A DNA stretch of 48,408 nt from an uncultured Collinsella sp. (GTDB lineage: Bacteria; Actinomycetota; Coriobacteriia; Coriobacteriales; Coriobacteriaceae), in NCBI GenBank assembly GCA_900553415.1, contig USDH01000001.1, forward strand, positions 1-48,408, given 5' to 3'. Position numbers and translations under genes: made by a program. Below the pieces are notes generated by a model. It saw only the letters and a list, made by a program, of their open reading frames with translations, ran no database searches and was not told the DNA's origin. Below, piece by piece: positions 17,442 to 30,638 of the stretch (its first letter is position 1; each line of letters starts with the position of its first letter).

Positions 17442-20033
17442 TTACCCGAGCACGCGTACGGGCCCCAAGAGACCGCTGGGCTCGGAGGGCTCGGTCATGC
17501 CGAACACGTCGGGGACGGCATGGTCGAGGGTGTTGATGATATCGATCGCAAGCGCGTGCTCGCCGGCCAAAAGCGCGCCGGCCTCAAAGCAGTAAGGCGG
17601 ACAGATGCGCGTGCCGAGGGATTTGCCGTCGAGGGTGACGGTTGCGGTCTCAAAGACCTCGCCAAGGTCGATGACGGTGCGGGTGGCCGCTTCGCCCAGG
17701 ACAAAGGAGGCCCGGTAGCGGAATGTGCCGGCCTTGCCGGGGAACTCGGCCGAGGAAAGGTCGTGCAGGTCTGCAAGCTCAACAGACTCGCCAAAGGCAT
17801 CGGTGCCAGGGGCAGAGAAGGCAACCGCCCAGGGCCCGTCGACGCATGTGGCTTCGTCTTCGGCGGTTGCCACAGCAACGGAACCTGTAGCCCCAAGGAC
17901 CACGATGCAGCTCTCGTAGGGAGCCAGCTCGAGCGTGCCGTCAAAGGCGGCGGGCTCGGTGCCGTTGAGCAGGTCGAGGCGCGCGCCTGCAACGGGTGTG
18001 CCGTCGGCAAGCGCAATCTGAGTGGAGATACCCTGCTTGGGATGCTCGTTGACGAGCATCAGATAGCTCTCGCCCGCCCGCTCGTAGCGCAGTGCGCGCA
18101 GCCAGGGCTGGGGCTCGGCGCAAACCACGGTCTGCATGCCGGTATTGGCAAGTGTGTCTGCGAGCTCGGTGGTCGCCAGGAGCTTGATGTCGGCGACCGC
18201 GGCTGCATCCAGGGAGGCAAAGCCCTCGCGGCCTGCAGTGTCACCGTCGTAGCGCTTGTTCGGCAACTCATCCAGCGCGTACACGGCAACACCTGCGGCT
18301 GCGGCACGCGCGGCAAAGTCGAGCACGGCTCCGCCGACAAACTCGGCTCCGGGCATCACCAGGCAGCGGTATGCCTGGCCGTTCACGCTAAAGCCGCTAC
18401 CGTCTGCGGCAATTTCAACGGCATAGCGCCCTGCGTCCTCAAATGCCTCTGCCGGCACGATGTCAAAGTCGACCTGCGCGCGCAAAAGCTCGGAGGCGGC
18501 ATGCTGCATAAAGTTCGCCTTGCCTGCCCACTCGGCGTCCGCATGGTAGAGAAGCGCCACCGGGGTCGTTGCGCGCCCGCCGCTCAGCAGGCTCGCCGTA
18601 CGGTTCATGTAGCTCATGAGCTGCCCAAAGTGTGCAAACTGGGGGTTTTGGCCATGCGCATAGAAATGCGGCGGGCAGTCCCAGTCGGGGAAGGCGGCCA
18701 TGCTAAAGGCATGCGGCACAAACCAATTGACGCCGCGCACCAAAAAATGATCGGCGATCCACTTCATCTCGCGTAGGCCTTCGTGCCATCCAAATGCGCC
18801 AAAGACCTCGGCCATGCAGCGCCCCTGCTTTTTGGGATCGAGGTGTGCTGCCGAGGAGCCCAGCTTGGGCAGCACGTAGTTATAGAACTCGAGGTCCCAC
18901 ACGCCGCGTCCGTAGCTGTGAAGGCCGCGGTCCATGCCGGGTACCAGCTGGTTGATCACGATGTCGACGCCCGCCATGTCCTGACCGCCCACGGCGCGGA
19001 AGTAGTGCCCGGCGCCCACGCCCAGGCGCGCGTGGCAGTCCTTGTCCTCGATAACGTGGCCGATGTACTGCACGCCGCGCGCGCGGCACCAGTCTCCGAG
19101 CTGGTCGCAGAAGCACTCCTTATAGAGGGTGCTCGCGATGTCCATATAGACGTGGCGTACGTGCGCGCCGGCCGGCTCGCGGTCCCACAGGTGCGGGAGC
19201 TCGGCCAGGTAGCGCTCGCCCAGTGCCGCGCGTAGGCGACGCTCAAGCTCGGCCGACCAGGGTAGGGGCGCGGTGGCCTTGCCGATGAGCGTGTCCGAGA
19301 TGCCATCGGGGCCCGTGGTGCCCTTCTCGTTGGCAAATCCGGGCTCATCGGAGAAAAAGCCCAGGATCGTCTTGCCAAACTCATCGCCCAGATGCTCAAA
19401 ATGCGGCTCGTAGACAGCATCGATGAGCTGCGCCACCGAGGCGCGGTCGACCATATTGATGTAGTCCTCGTTGTAGGAGGTCTTGCCGCTCGTGAACATC
19501 ACGCATGCCTGCGTGAGGCCCGCAGGTGCATCGAAGACCAGGCGGCTGGGGTTGCCGTCTGCATCGTCGATTACTCGGTAAGCGACGTCGACGGGGCTGC
19601 CGTCCTGCATAAATGTCACGCCGTGGAAGCGCTCCGTTTTGTCGAGCATGTTGGCGAGCGCGATGCTCGCGGCGGACGTGGAGCCCACGATGTCGAACGT
19701 GCGGTGCGTGAGCACGATCTTGCGGAGCTCGGGCACGGCCTCCTTGACGGCGCCGTTGGCAAAGCCCGTGGGGAAGTGCGCGTCGTCCAAGATCCAGAGC
19801 TTAAGGCCCAGCTGCTTGCACTCGTCAATGACAAAGCGCAAGTCGCGCCACCAGCCCTCGCCGCAAAAATCGGGGTGTGGGCGGCTTTCGAGACAGACCT
19901 CGTGGATGTCGGCGCCGGCGATCTTTTCCAGATACTCGGCAATGGTCTTATGGCTCTCGCCCTTCATCCACAAAAACGGAAGCACGTGGTTGTCGTATGT
20001 GCCCTCGAGCACCTGCTGATAGTACGCGGTCAT
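17442..20033 (-). CDS. Large glycoside hydrolase, GH106 (alpha-L-rhamnosidase)-like with C-terminal beta-sandwich
   Basis: NHVLPFLW, ESRPHPDF, WILDDAHFPTG, GFFSDEPG, AEVFGAFGW and terminal SGLLGPVR. Family assignment is by recalled motif similarity. Confidence 0.65.
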   Translation of the reverse strand: MTAYYQQVLEGTYDNHVLPFLWMKGESHKTIAEYLEKIAGADIHEVCLESRPHPDFCGEGWWRDLRFVIDECKQLGLKLWILDDAHFPTGFANGAVKEAVPELRKIVLTHRTFDIVGSTSAASIALANMLDKTERFHGVTFMQDGSPVDVAYRVIDDADGNPSRLVFDAPAGLTQACVMFTSGKTSYNEDYINMVDRASVAQLIDAVYEPHFEHLGDEFGKTILGFFSDEPGFANEKGTTGPDGISDTLIGKATAPLPWSAELERRLRAALGERYLAELPHLWDREPAGAHVRHVYMDIASTLYKECFCDQLGDWCRARGVQYIGHVIEDKDCHARLGVGAGHYFRAVGGQDMAGVDIVINQLVPGMDRGLHSYGRGVWDLEFYNYVLPKLGSSAAHLDPKKQGRCMAEVFGAFGWHEGLREMKWIADHFLVRGVNWFVPHAFSMAAFPDWDCPPHFYAHGQNPQFAHFGQLMSYMNRTASLLSGGRATTPVALLYHADAEWAGKANFMQHAASELLRAQVDFDIVPAEAFEDAGRYAVEIAADGSGFSVNGQAYRCLVMPGAEFVGGAVLDFAARAAAAGVAVYALDELPNKRYDGDTAGREGFASLDAAAVADIKLLATTELADTLANTGMQTVVCAEPQPWLRALRYERAGESYLMLVNEHPKQGISTQIALADGTPVAGARLDLLNGTEPAAFDGTLELAPYESCIVVLGATGSVAVATAEDEATCVDGPWAVAFSAPGTDAFGESVELADLHDLSSAEFPGKAGTFRYRASFVLGEAATRTVIDLGEVFETATVTLDGKSLGTRICPPYCFEAGALLAGEHALAIDIINTLDHAVPDVFGMTEPSEPSGLLGPVRVLG

Positions 20034-20147
20034 GGATTCTCCTTGGCTCGATCGATCTGCTGCATAGCACAGATTATGGACGCGTCGGCGCGTTCTGCTA
20101 ATATCTGAATCACGACGAACTATGACCAAATCAACGATTGGCAAGCC

Positions 20148-22756
<2,609 letters not shown>

Positions 22757-22818
22757 TCGACAATATGAGTGCCACCGGGGAAAAGCGTTGGGATGGGCTC
22801 GCGATTCGAGTCCCCACC

Positions 22819-22847
22819 TTAGCATTTGAACCATTTGGCACTATAAT
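22819..22847 (+). promoter_or_regulatory. Probable sigma-70 promoter for the PTS EIIA gene
   Basis: TTAGCA-N17-TATAAT about 50 nt upstream of the ATG at 22897. Confidence 0.55.
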
Positions 22848-22896
22848 CACCATAGGCATGCGCACAACGTTGCGCTTAATCAAGAGGAGAAAACGT

Positions 22897-23433
22897 ATGG
22901 GTCTGTTTGACATGTTCAAGAAGAAGGCTGAGCCCGCGACTGCCGCTGCTCCGTCCTCCATCTCTGCTTCTGCCGGCGCCGACGTGCTGTGCTCGCCCGT
23001 CAAGGGCAAGGTCATCAAGATGGCCGATGTGCCCGATCCCGTCTTTGGCGGCGAGGTCCTGGGCAAGGGCTGCGCCGTGTGGCCCGAGGACGATCTGGTC
23101 TACGCTCCCTGCGACGGCAAGGTGACCGTCACCATGGGTCACGCCGTGGGCCTGCAGTCCGATAGCGGCATCGAGGTTCTGGTGCACGTTGGCGTCGATA
23201 CCGTCAACATGAACGGCGACGGCTTCGAGGGCTTCGTCAAGGCCGACGATGTCGTTAAGGCTGGCCAGCCCATGCTCAAGATCGACCGCGCCAAGATCGC
23301 CGCTGCCGGCTACAAGGACTGCGTCGTCGTGGCTGTGTCCAACACCGCCGAGTTCGCCGACGTCGAGCTCGCCGTCGAGGCTGACTCCGCTGTCTCCGCT
23401 GGCGATGCCATCGTCAAGGTCGTCCGCAAGTAG
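22897..23433 (+). CDS. PTS glucose-family EIIA component, stand-alone
   Basis: VPDPVF..LGKG, HAVGL and EVLVHVGVDTV (phospho-His); SD GAGGAG. Confidence 0.92.
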   Translation: MGLFDMFKKKAEPATAAAPSSISASAGADVLCSPVKGKVIKMADVPDPVFGGEVLGKGCAVWPEDDLVYAPCDGKVTVTMGHAVGLQSDSGIEVLVHVGVDTVNMNGDGFEGFVKADDVVKAGQPMLKIDRAKIAAAGYKDCVVVAVSNTAEFADVELAVEADSAVSAGDAIVKVVRK

Positions 23434-23458
23434 TCTGCGGCAACATAAGGGTGTTTTG

Positions 23459-23489
23459 GGGTGGTCGGGTTATCCGGCCGCCCTTTTTT
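23459..23489 (+). terminator. Intrinsic terminator
   Basis: GGGTGGTCGGG / TCCGGCCGCCC stem (with G-U pairs) followed by TTTTTT. Confidence 0.75.
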
Positions 23490-23668
23490 ATTGCAATGCG
23501 GCGGAACGTTTTATTGCGCGTTGGGCGGACCGGTAAACCGTTCGGACGTTAAATCGAGCCGACTGCGCCTTTGCTTTGCCGGGGGTGTTCGTTATCGGCT
23601 AGTATGGCCTTATTGTTACGACGCGCACCGCGTCGGGAAGCGCGGTGCCGCTTGTTGGGAGGAATGTC

Positions 23669-24226
23669 ATGAAGAAGAAGCTGCTGCTTGCGCCCCTGAT
23701 GGCTGTTCTGGTCGCGTGCGTGGTTGTGCTTTCCGGCTGCGGAGGTCCTTCGGTTGAGGAGCTCATCACCGAGGATCTTACGACGCAGTTTGACGAGGTC
23801 AAGAACGGCGGCGACGACTTCCTCGCCGGCCTGGAAGAGGCCTCGGGCGACGAGTTCGAGCAGCTGGGCATCGATCCCAAGGAGTACGCCAAGAGCTATC
23901 TCGAGGGTTTTGACTACAAGATCGGCGATGTGACGGTCGACGAGGACAAGGGCACCGCGACTGCCGATGTCACCATTACCTGCAAGTCCATGAACAAGAT
24001 CGTTGAAGATTTCGCCACCCAGTATCAGGAGAAGATCGCGGCGCTCGATACGATGCCTTCCGAGGACGACCTGTACAAGATGGCCGGCCAGGTCATGGTC
24101 GACGTGACCAAGGCCGCTAAGACCAAGGACACCAAGGTTACCTTCAAGTACACCGCCAATGACGATGGCGAGTGGTCTGCTGACGATTCCGCAACCACCG
24201 AGATGATGAATGCGATGATGAGCTAG
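23669..24226 (+). CDS. Acidic lipoprotein of unknown function
   Basis: MKKK signal peptide with lipobox LSGC; SD GGAGG. Confidence 0.85.
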   Translation: MKKKLLLAPLMAVLVACVVVLSGCGGPSVEELITEDLTTQFDEVKNGGDDFLAGLEEASGDEFEQLGIDPKEYAKSYLEGFDYKIGDVTVDEDKGTATADVTITCKSMNKIVEDFATQYQEKIAALDTMPSEDDLYKMAGQVMVDVTKAAKTKDTKVTFKYTANDDGEWSADDSATTEMMNAMMS

Positions 24227-24245
24227 GGGAGTTACGCGGTAGTTC

Positions 24246-24392
24246 GTTACGGCGTTTTACCAAACGCCGTAACTGCCCGACGCTGCGCGGGCACCAGAGC
24301 GACAACTTGTCATTCAAAGAGGGCGGCATGACCAGAAGGTCTATACCGTCCTCTTTTCATGCCAATTTGTTCGCACTGGTGCCCGCTCGCTG
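24246..24392. repeat. Hairpin plus 115-nt rod element, copy C
   Basis: 28-nt hairpin identical to 15143-15170, then CGACGCTGCGCGGG...TCAA...AGAA...TTTC...CCCGCTCGCTG. Confidence 0.85.
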
Positions 24393-24431
24393 CCCGTCCT
24401 CTACCTGCGGCGTTGCCATGGTAGTCATTGA

Positions 24432-24483
24432 GGCGGCACTTGGGGACGTTCCTTTTCTGCCGGCAGTTGGGGACACTCCTTGT
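24432..24483 (+). repeat. 52-nt GGGGAC module
   Basis: Matches 15327-15378 at 51 of 52 positions. Confidence 0.8.
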
Positions 24484-24555
24484 ATCAACGCCGTATCAAA
24501 TGCTCGGGAAAATGCGACCCGGTTTTTTGGCCGGTTTCCGGATGGGGCGGGTTGC

Positions 24556-24663
24556 GGAAACCGCGACCCGGAATATTGCTCTGAAACGGGATACGGTTTC
24601 CCCGACGCGCCTCAAACGGAAAGTGCATCCCATTTCGGAGCTCCAAAACGGGATGCACTTTCC
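24556..24663. repeat. Two tandem 46-nt GGAAA...TTTCC inverted-repeat units
   Basis: GGAAACCGCGACCC-N18-GGGATACGGTTTCC (24556-24601) and GGAAAGTGCATCCC-N18-GGGATGCACTTTCC (24618-24663); third copy at 39476. Confidence 0.8.
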
Positions 24664-24705
24664 GCGTGGAAGAATTGTCGCAGCTGCGTTAAGCGGTGTC
24701 GCTCG

Positions 24706-25374
24706 CTACTCGCCCAAGATTAGCTCGGCGAGTTCGTCCTGCGTATCTACCACGTAGTCGGCGCCGGCGGCTTCCAGCTCTGCGCGGCCGCGGAAGCCCC
24801 AGCTGACGCCCGCGCTCTTAAGGCCGGCGTTGTGGCCGGTCAGAACATCGACATTCGAATCGCCCACATAGAGCGTGGTTGCCGGATCGGCGCCCAGCTC
24901 TTTCATCACATGCAACGTGACGGGTGCCTCGGGCTTGGGCGGAAATGCGCCCACACGGCCCTGTACCAGCGCAAAGCGATCGGGGCCAAAGTATTTCTCG
25001 ATAAGCGGGGCTGCCGAAATATGATCCTTGTTGGTGAGCACGGCAAGCTGAACGCCCGCTGTGCGCAGACGGTCGAGCATCTCAATCGTGCCGGCGTAGG
25101 GTGAGGTGTGGTCCTCCTTGTGCTCGCCGTAATAGGCCCTAAACTCGGCAAGCGTCTGCTCAAACATACGGCCGTCGCCCGCGTACTCGGCGGGCATAAA
25201 GCGCTCGACCAGCTTGAGCATGCCGTTTCCCACCTTGTAGCGGTACTCGTCTACGGCAAACGTGGGCCAGCCGTGCATCTCGCAGGTATGGTTGCTGGCG
25301 GCCGCCAGGTCCTCGAGCGTGTTGAGGATGGTGCCATCCAGATCAAAGATCACATGGGAAAAAGCTGCTGCCAT
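24706..25374 (-). CDS. HAD-family hydrolase, phosphoglycolate phosphatase-like
   Basis: IFDLDGTI, LTNK, KPEAP and YVGDSNVD motifs. Confidence 0.9.
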   Translation of the reverse strand: MAAAFSHVIFDLDGTILNTLEDLAAASNHTCEMHGWPTFAVDEYRYKVGNGMLKLVERFMPAEYAGDGRMFEQTLAEFRAYYGEHKEDHTSPYAGTIEMLDRLRTAGVQLAVLTNKDHISAAPLIEKYFGPDRFALVQGRVGAFPPKPEAPVTLHVMKELGADPATTLYVGDSNVDVLTGHNAGLKSAGVSWGFRGRAELEAAGADYVVDTQDELAELILGE

Positions 25375-25479
25375 GGGTGCTCCTGCCGCTTGAGTTGTAA
25401 AACGCACCCCATGATACTGGGCATGCGTGCCGGGCATGTTTGGAATCTGAATATCTTTAATAGCCCTGAGCCTTTGTCG

Positions 25480-26514
25480 TTAGCAAATCCTCGGCAGTTG
25501 TTCTCCCACAAGCATGTCGAGGATACGGGTCGAGCCCCAGCCGGTGCGTACGCGCACGGCGGGACGGGCGCCCTCGGCAAGTGGCAGCACGCGACCGATG
25601 ATGGCGGCGTTCTCGCCGTAGCGGGCGGCGCGCATGGCTGCCAGCGCGGCATCGGCTTGCTCGGCCGGCACCACGGCAACCATCTTGCCCTCGTTTGCCA
25701 CCTGCAGCACATCGTAACCGAGCATCTCACATGCCGCCTGCACGTCGGGGCGCACGGGCACGGCATCCTCGTCGATCTCCATGGCAACGCCGCTGGCCTG
25801 GGCAAACTCGTTGAGCGTGGATGCCAGGCCGCCGCGCGTGGGGTCGCGGAAGCAGCGGGTGTCGGGGGCGGCGGCGAGCACGTCGGCAATCAGATGATTG
25901 AGCGGCGCAGCATCGCTTTCGATGTCGCTCGAAAACGCCAAGCCCTCGCGCTGGCTCATGATGGCGATGCCGTGGTCGCCTAGCGTACCCGATACCAGGA
26001 TGGCGTCGCCGGGCCGACAGTTCGCACCGCTGAGCGTTACGCCCGCGGGCACTTCGCCCACGCCGGCGGTATTGATGTAGACGCCGTCGGCACCGCCACG
26101 CTCGACCACCTTGGTGTCGCCGGTGATTATGGACACGCCCGCCTCGCGCGCCGTTTCGGCCATGGTCTGCACAATCTGGCGCAGCTTGTCCATGGGATAG
26201 CCCTCTTCGAGGATAAAGCCGCATGAGAGGTAGCGCACGTTAGCGCCCGAGGTCGCGACGTCGTTGACGGTTCCGCATACGGCGAGTCGGCCGATATTGC
26301 CGCCGGGGAAGAACTGCGGCGTTACCACAAAGCTGTCGGTCGACATGGCGATTCGCCCGCTTGCGGGCAGTGCGGCGACACCGGCATCGTTGCCCGCAAG
26401 CAGCTCGGGCGACCCAAAGGCATCCAGAAAGACCTCATCGATAATGCGCTTCATCATCTGGCCGCCGGAGCCGTGGCCCAGCAGGACAGTGCTATCGGTG
26501 GCAGTACGGGACAT
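25480..26514 (-). CDS. hypE: Hydrogenase maturation carbamoyl dehydratase
   Basis: HGSGG, TDSFVVTP, GTVNDVA, DPTRGG and C-terminal PRIC. Confidence 0.95.
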   Translation of the reverse strand: MSRTATDSTVLLGHGSGGQMMKRIIDEVFLDAFGSPELLAGNDAGVAALPASGRIAMSTDSFVVTPQFFPGGNIGRLAVCGTVNDVATSGANVRYLSCGFILEEGYPMDKLRQIVQTMAETAREAGVSIITGDTKVVERGGADGVYINTAGVGEVPAGVTLSGANCRPGDAILVSGTLGDHGIAIMSQREGLAFSSDIESDAAPLNHLIADVLAAAPDTRCFRDPTRGGLASTLNEFAQASGVAMEIDEDAVPVRPDVQAACEMLGYDVLQVANEGKMVAVVPAEQADAALAAMRAARYGENAAIIGRVLPLAEGARPAVRVRTGWGSTRILDMLVGEQLPRIC

Positions 26515-26562
26515 ATCGAAAACTCCAATCGTGGGTGGTGCCGGTACGCGGGGGCGTCCGGG

Positions 26563-27675
26563 CTAGTCGCGGTATCTAAAGTACGCCGCGCAGCTGCCTT
26601 CGGAGCTCACCATGCAGGGGCCGACGGGGTGTTCGGGCGTACATGCGTGGCCGAACAGCGGGCAGTCGCTCGGTGTGATGGCTCCGCGAAGCACGTCGCC
26701 GCAGCGGCACCCGCGTGGCTCGACCGTCGCCTCAACGGGCACGTCAAAGCGGGCGCCGGCATCAAAGCGCGCGAATTCGGGTCGGATGGAAAGACCCGAA
26801 GCCGCAATCGGCCCCAGCCCGCGCCACGTGGTGTCGCATGGCTCAAACACCTGCTCGACCAGCTGGCGCGCTACGGGATTGCCGTCTGCATTGACGCCAC
26901 GGCGGTAGGCGTTGTCGATTGCGGGCCTGTGCTCGACAATCATCTGGACCAGCATGCAGATGCCCTGCAAGATATCGACCGGCTCAAACCCGGTGACTAC
27001 GCCGGGGGTCTCGAACTCATCGACCAAAAACCCAAAGGGTGCCAGGCCTGTGATGGTAGCGACGTGACCAGGCAGGATAAAGCCGTCGATGGCGGTCTCG
27101 GGGTCGTTGGAGATCGCACGCAGAGCCGGCGGCGTGGTCTTGTGAGCACAGTAGACCGAGAAGTTCTGGAGCCCGCGCGCGTCGGCCTCCAGGATAGCGG
27201 CGGCAATGGTGGGCGTTGTGGTCTCAAAGCCGACGCCCATAAAGATGACCGGGCGTTCGGGATTTTGCTCGGCAATGTCGAGTGCGTCGAGCGGAGAGTA
27301 GACGATGCGGATGTCGCGCCCCGCCGCCTTTTGCGCGGCAAGCGAGGTGGACGATCCGGGCACGCGCATCATGTCGCCAAAGGTGGTGATGATGGCGCCG
27401 TCCATGTTGGAAAGCGCGATTGCGTGATCGATGTCGCGGTTGGCGGTGACGCAAACGGGGCACCCCGGGCCGCTTAGCAGTTTGAGCCCCGTCGGCATAA
27501 TGGAGCGAAAGCCATAGCGGCCAATGCTCACGGTATGCGTACCGCAGACTTCCATAAGGTTGATGCTGCGGTTGCCGACAAGCTCATGAATACGATCGAT
27601 GAGCTCGCGGGCCAGCTTGGGGTCGCGAAATGCCGAAAAGTCGATACCGGAGCGAACCGGCTGCGCCGCCGCCAC
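26563..27675 (-). CDS. hypD: Hydrogenase maturation protein HypD
   Basis: MEVCGTHT, GPGCPVC, GFETT, PGHV and C-terminal Cys cluster CMVSSEGSC. Confidence 0.95.
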   Translation of the reverse strand: MAAAQPVRSGIDFSAFRDPKLARELIDRIHELVGNRSINLMEVCGTHTVSIGRYGFRSIMPTGLKLLSGPGCPVCVTANRDIDHAIALSNMDGAIITTFGDMMRVPGSSTSLAAQKAAGRDIRIVYSPLDALDIAEQNPERPVIFMGVGFETTTPTIAAAILEADARGLQNFSVYCAHKTTPPALRAISNDPETAIDGFILPGHVATITGLAPFGFLVDEFETPGVVTGFEPVDILQGICMLVQMIVEHRPAIDNAYRRGVNADGNPVARQLVEQVFEPCDTTWRGLGPIAASGLSIRPEFARFDAGARFDVPVEATVEPRGCRCGDVLRGAITPSDCPLFGHACTPEHPVGPCMVSSEGSCAAYFRYRD

Positions 27676-27935
27676 TAGTATGCCTCGGCTGGGTTGGTGG
27701 CGAGTTGGTCCTCTTTGGCCAGCTCGGTCATGGTATTGACGAGCTCGAGTGTCTCTTGGGCTTCCTGCTCGTCGACAATCTGAATGCCAAAGCCGGCGTG
27801 CACGAGAATATAGTCGCCTACCTGTGCCGTCGGCACGAGGCGCAGCGAAACGGGGCGCTCGATGCCCATCATGTCGACGGTCGCCTTAAGGTCGTCGTCG
27901 CGTTTGACCACTTTACCGGGAACGGCAAGGCACAT
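27675..27935 (-). CDS. hypC: Hydrogenase assembly chaperone HypC
   Basis: MCLAVP N-terminus and GDYILVHAG. Confidence 0.95.
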   Translation of the reverse strand: MCLAVPGKVVKRDDDLKATVDMMGIERPVSLRLVPTAQVGDYILVHAGFGIQIVDEQEAQETLELVNTMTELAKEDQLATNPAEAY

Positions 27936-28066
27936 AATGTTCCCCTTTTATACGTTTTGCGCTGGATAGGCGCCTAATTACCCATCAGTTGATGGTAGCG
28001 CTCGCGGGAGTCACGAGCAAACGCGTTACACCTGTGAGACGGCGGCGCGCAGGCTGGCAAAACAGC

Positions 28067-30520
28067 CTATCGCAACGCCGTCTGCGCGAGGCGAGCGCGA
28101 GCGATGGCGGCCTGACCGTAGGCGATGCAGCCGTCGTTGGCGGGTACAGCGTGGGGGACCAAGACGGCAAGACCGGCGTCTTTGAGTTCGTGGGTAAGGA
28201 GCTGAAGCAAAAGCCGGTTCATGAACACACCGCCCGAGAGCGCGACGGTATCGAGGCCTTCGCGCGCGCAGATTTCGCGTGCGATTCGTGCCGAAGAGCG
28301 CACGATGGCGATATGGAAGTCGAGCGCGAGCCTGTCGGCCGGCGCGCCTGCCTCGATTCCATTCAGAAGAGCTTCGATGAGCGGTTGGGGGTCCAAGATG
28401 GGGGAGTCGTCGGCAGACGTGAATACGCCCGTATGATTGCCGTCGAGACGAACGGTCTTACCGTCGAGCGCGCGCCAGGCGGCGGCTTCGAGTTCTATGG
28501 CGGGTTCGCCTTCGTAGGTTGCCTTGTCGCAGATGCCCAGAATCGCTGCCGCGGCATCAAAGAGACGCCCCATGCTGCTGGTACGCGGGCTGTTGATGCC
28601 GCGCTCGATCATGGTGGCTGTCACGCTGCGTGTTTGCTCGTCGAGGGTGCCCAATAGCCCCGCGGCACCCGGATGCTCGAGCAGGCCGAGCTCGCTCAGC
28701 AGGGCAAAGGCATTGCGCCGGGCATCGCGCACGGATGTGGCTCCGCCTGGCAGCGCCCAGGTGCGCAGGTGCGCGGCGCGTTCAAAATCGGCAAGGCCGG
28801 CGATAAGAAACTCACCGCCCCATATGGTGCCGTCGGTGCCGGCACCCGTACCATCGAAGGCAATACCGAGGACGCGTGCATCAGGCGCAATCCGGCCAGC
28901 GACAATCGCCTCTGCCATTACGCTCGCGATGTGCGCATGATGATGCTGGATTTCGATTAGCGGCAGACTGTGCTCCCGTGCCCGCTCACGCGCCCACTGG
29001 CTCGATAGATAGTTGGGATGCATGTCGCATGCCAGGGCGGCAGGCGTCAGGTCAAAGAGGTTTTCTAGACGTGCGCGGGCGGCGCTCCAGGCATCGAAGG
29101 TCGCGCCGTTTTCGACATCGCCGATATGCTGCGACACAAAACAGGCCACATGGCCGTCGGCGTCCTCGCGCGTGAGCGCGATCGTGGCTTTTTGCTGCGG
29201 CCCGCAGGCGAGCACGCAGGGTGCAGTGCCGTCGAGCGCCGGCAGCGACAACGGTTGCGGCGCATATCCGCGTGCGCGACGCACAGGCATGACGGTGCCG
29301 TCGACCACACGTACCACGGAGTCGTCGTAGCGTGAGAGAATCGCACGGTCGTTGCCAAGTAGCGCGTCGGCGATGCCGGCGGCAACAAGATGTTCCCATG
29401 CAAGGGCATCGTCGGTCTCGATAGGTTCCTCGCTCAGGTTTCCGCTGGTCATGACCAGCGCGTGCATGCCATGCGACGAGGCAGCTGCAAGCAGCAGATG
29501 CTGAAGCGGTGTATAGGGGAGCATGACGCCGAGATCGGGTAGATCGTGCGCGACGGATGGCGCGAGTGTAAGGCCGTCGGGGGAATCTCCCTCGCCAACA
29601 ACACGGCGGCGCAGCAGCACAATGGGGCGGATGCTGCCGGCCAGCAAGTCGCGCTCGGCATCATCGACATGGCACAGGCGTTCAGTATCGGCAAGGCTGC
29701 GCACCATAACGGCAAGCGGCTTGTTGCTGCGGCGCTTGCGACGGCGCAGCTCGACCACCGCCTGCTCATTGGCGGCGTTGCAGGCCAGATGGAATCCGCC
29801 CAGCCCCTTGATGGCGACAATACCGCCGCTGGCCAGCAGCTCGACACAGCGGTCAATAATGGCATCGCTGGTTTCGCGCGTGCTGCCGACGGCCGGCATC
29901 GCCCCCGAGCCCTCGAGCTCCATGTCGCCCGCCGCCTCGCGCCAGGTAATATGTGGCCCGCAGTCAAAGCAGGCATCGGGCTGCGCATGAAAGCGCCGGT
30001 CAAGCGGGTCGCCATACTCTGCAGCGCACTCGGGGCACATAGGAAAGCAATCCATCGACGTGGCCGCTCGGTCATAAGGCAGCGACCGGATGATGGTAAA
30101 GCGCGGCCCGCAGTTGGTGCAGTTGATAAAGGGGTAGTGATAGCGACGGTCGGCGGGGTCGAACAGTTCGCGCAGGCAGTCGTCACAGGTGGCGATATCG
30201 GGGGAGATGAGCGTCGTGTGCACGGTCTGATCCTGTGACGCTACAATACGAAAGACCTGCTCATCGTCGGCATCCCAAGCGTCGGGCTCCAGGTCTGCAA
30301 CAGCGACATGCTCAACGCGGGCTGCGGCCGGCGCGTGCTCCGACAGCGCGGTGACAAATTCGTCGAGCGCCTCGCTCAAAGCATGCGCCTCGATGTGTAC
30401 GCCATCGCCCGCGTTGAGCACCCAGCCGCAGATGCCATGCGCCATAGCCTCGCGATACACAAATGGCCGCATGCCAACGCCCTGCACAATGCCCGTCACA
30501 TGAATATGCACATGCCGCAT
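28067..30520 (-). CDS. hypF: Carbamoyltransferase HypF
   Basis: Acylphosphatase domain (GIVQGVGMRP), two zinc fingers, KGLGGFHL, QHHHAH and NDGCIAYGQ. Confidence 0.95.
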   Translation of the reverse strand: MRHVHIHVTGIVQGVGMRPFVYREAMAHGICGWVLNAGDGVHIEAHALSEALDEFVTALSEHAPAAARVEHVAVADLEPDAWDADDEQVFRIVASQDQTVHTTLISPDIATCDDCLRELFDPADRRYHYPFINCTNCGPRFTIIRSLPYDRAATSMDCFPMCPECAAEYGDPLDRRFHAQPDACFDCGPHITWREAAGDMELEGSGAMPAVGSTRETSDAIIDRCVELLASGGIVAIKGLGGFHLACNAANEQAVVELRRRKRRSNKPLAVMVRSLADTERLCHVDDAERDLLAGSIRPIVLLRRRVVGEGDSPDGLTLAPSVAHDLPDLGVMLPYTPLQHLLLAAASSHGMHALVMTSGNLSEEPIETDDALAWEHLVAAGIADALLGNDRAILSRYDDSVVRVVDGTVMPVRRARGYAPQPLSLPALDGTAPCVLACGPQQKATIALTREDADGHVACFVSQHIGDVENGATFDAWSAARARLENLFDLTPAALACDMHPNYLSSQWARERAREHSLPLIEIQHHHAHIASVMAEAIVAGRIAPDARVLGIAFDGTGAGTDGTIWGGEFLIAGLADFERAAHLRTWALPGGATSVRDARRNAFALLSELGLLEHPGAAGLLGTLDEQTRSVTATMIERGINSPRTSSMGRLFDAAAAILGICDKATYEGEPAIELEAAAWRALDGKTVRLDGNHTGVFTSADDSPILDPQPLIEALLNGIEAGAPADRLALDFHIAIVRSSARIAREICAREGLDTVALSGGVFMNRLLLQLLTHELKDAGLAVLVPHAVPANDGCIAYGQAAIARARLAQTALR

Positions 30521-30539
30521 GTGGCTTCCCCTCGTCAAA

Positions 30540-30620
30540 ACCGACCAAAAAGGGACAGGTTTATTTTGGTCGGTAAAACTTCTAAACCTGCCAAAACAAA
30601 CCTGTCCCTTTTTGGCAGGT
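30540..30620. repeat. Inverted doublet of AGGGAC-loop palindromes
   Basis: ACCGACCAAAA-AGGGACAGGTTTA-TTTTGGTCGGT (30540-30574) and ACCTGCCAAAA-CAAACCTGTCCCT-TTTTGGCAGGT (30586-30620); the two loops are near reverse complements. Confidence 0.85.
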
Positions 30621-30638
30621 GCGCTGCGGGAAATCCCG

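Noticed and set aside
22794..22820. tRNA T-arm-like TTCGAGTCCCCACC as a tRNA remnant or att site
   Set aside because: No cloverleaf and no integrase nearby; it reads as a simple hairpin after the GH1 gene.
24507..24663. Tandem palindromic units as a CRISPR array
   Set aside because: Only 2-3 divergent units, a 16-nt gap between the two complete units, and no cas genes.
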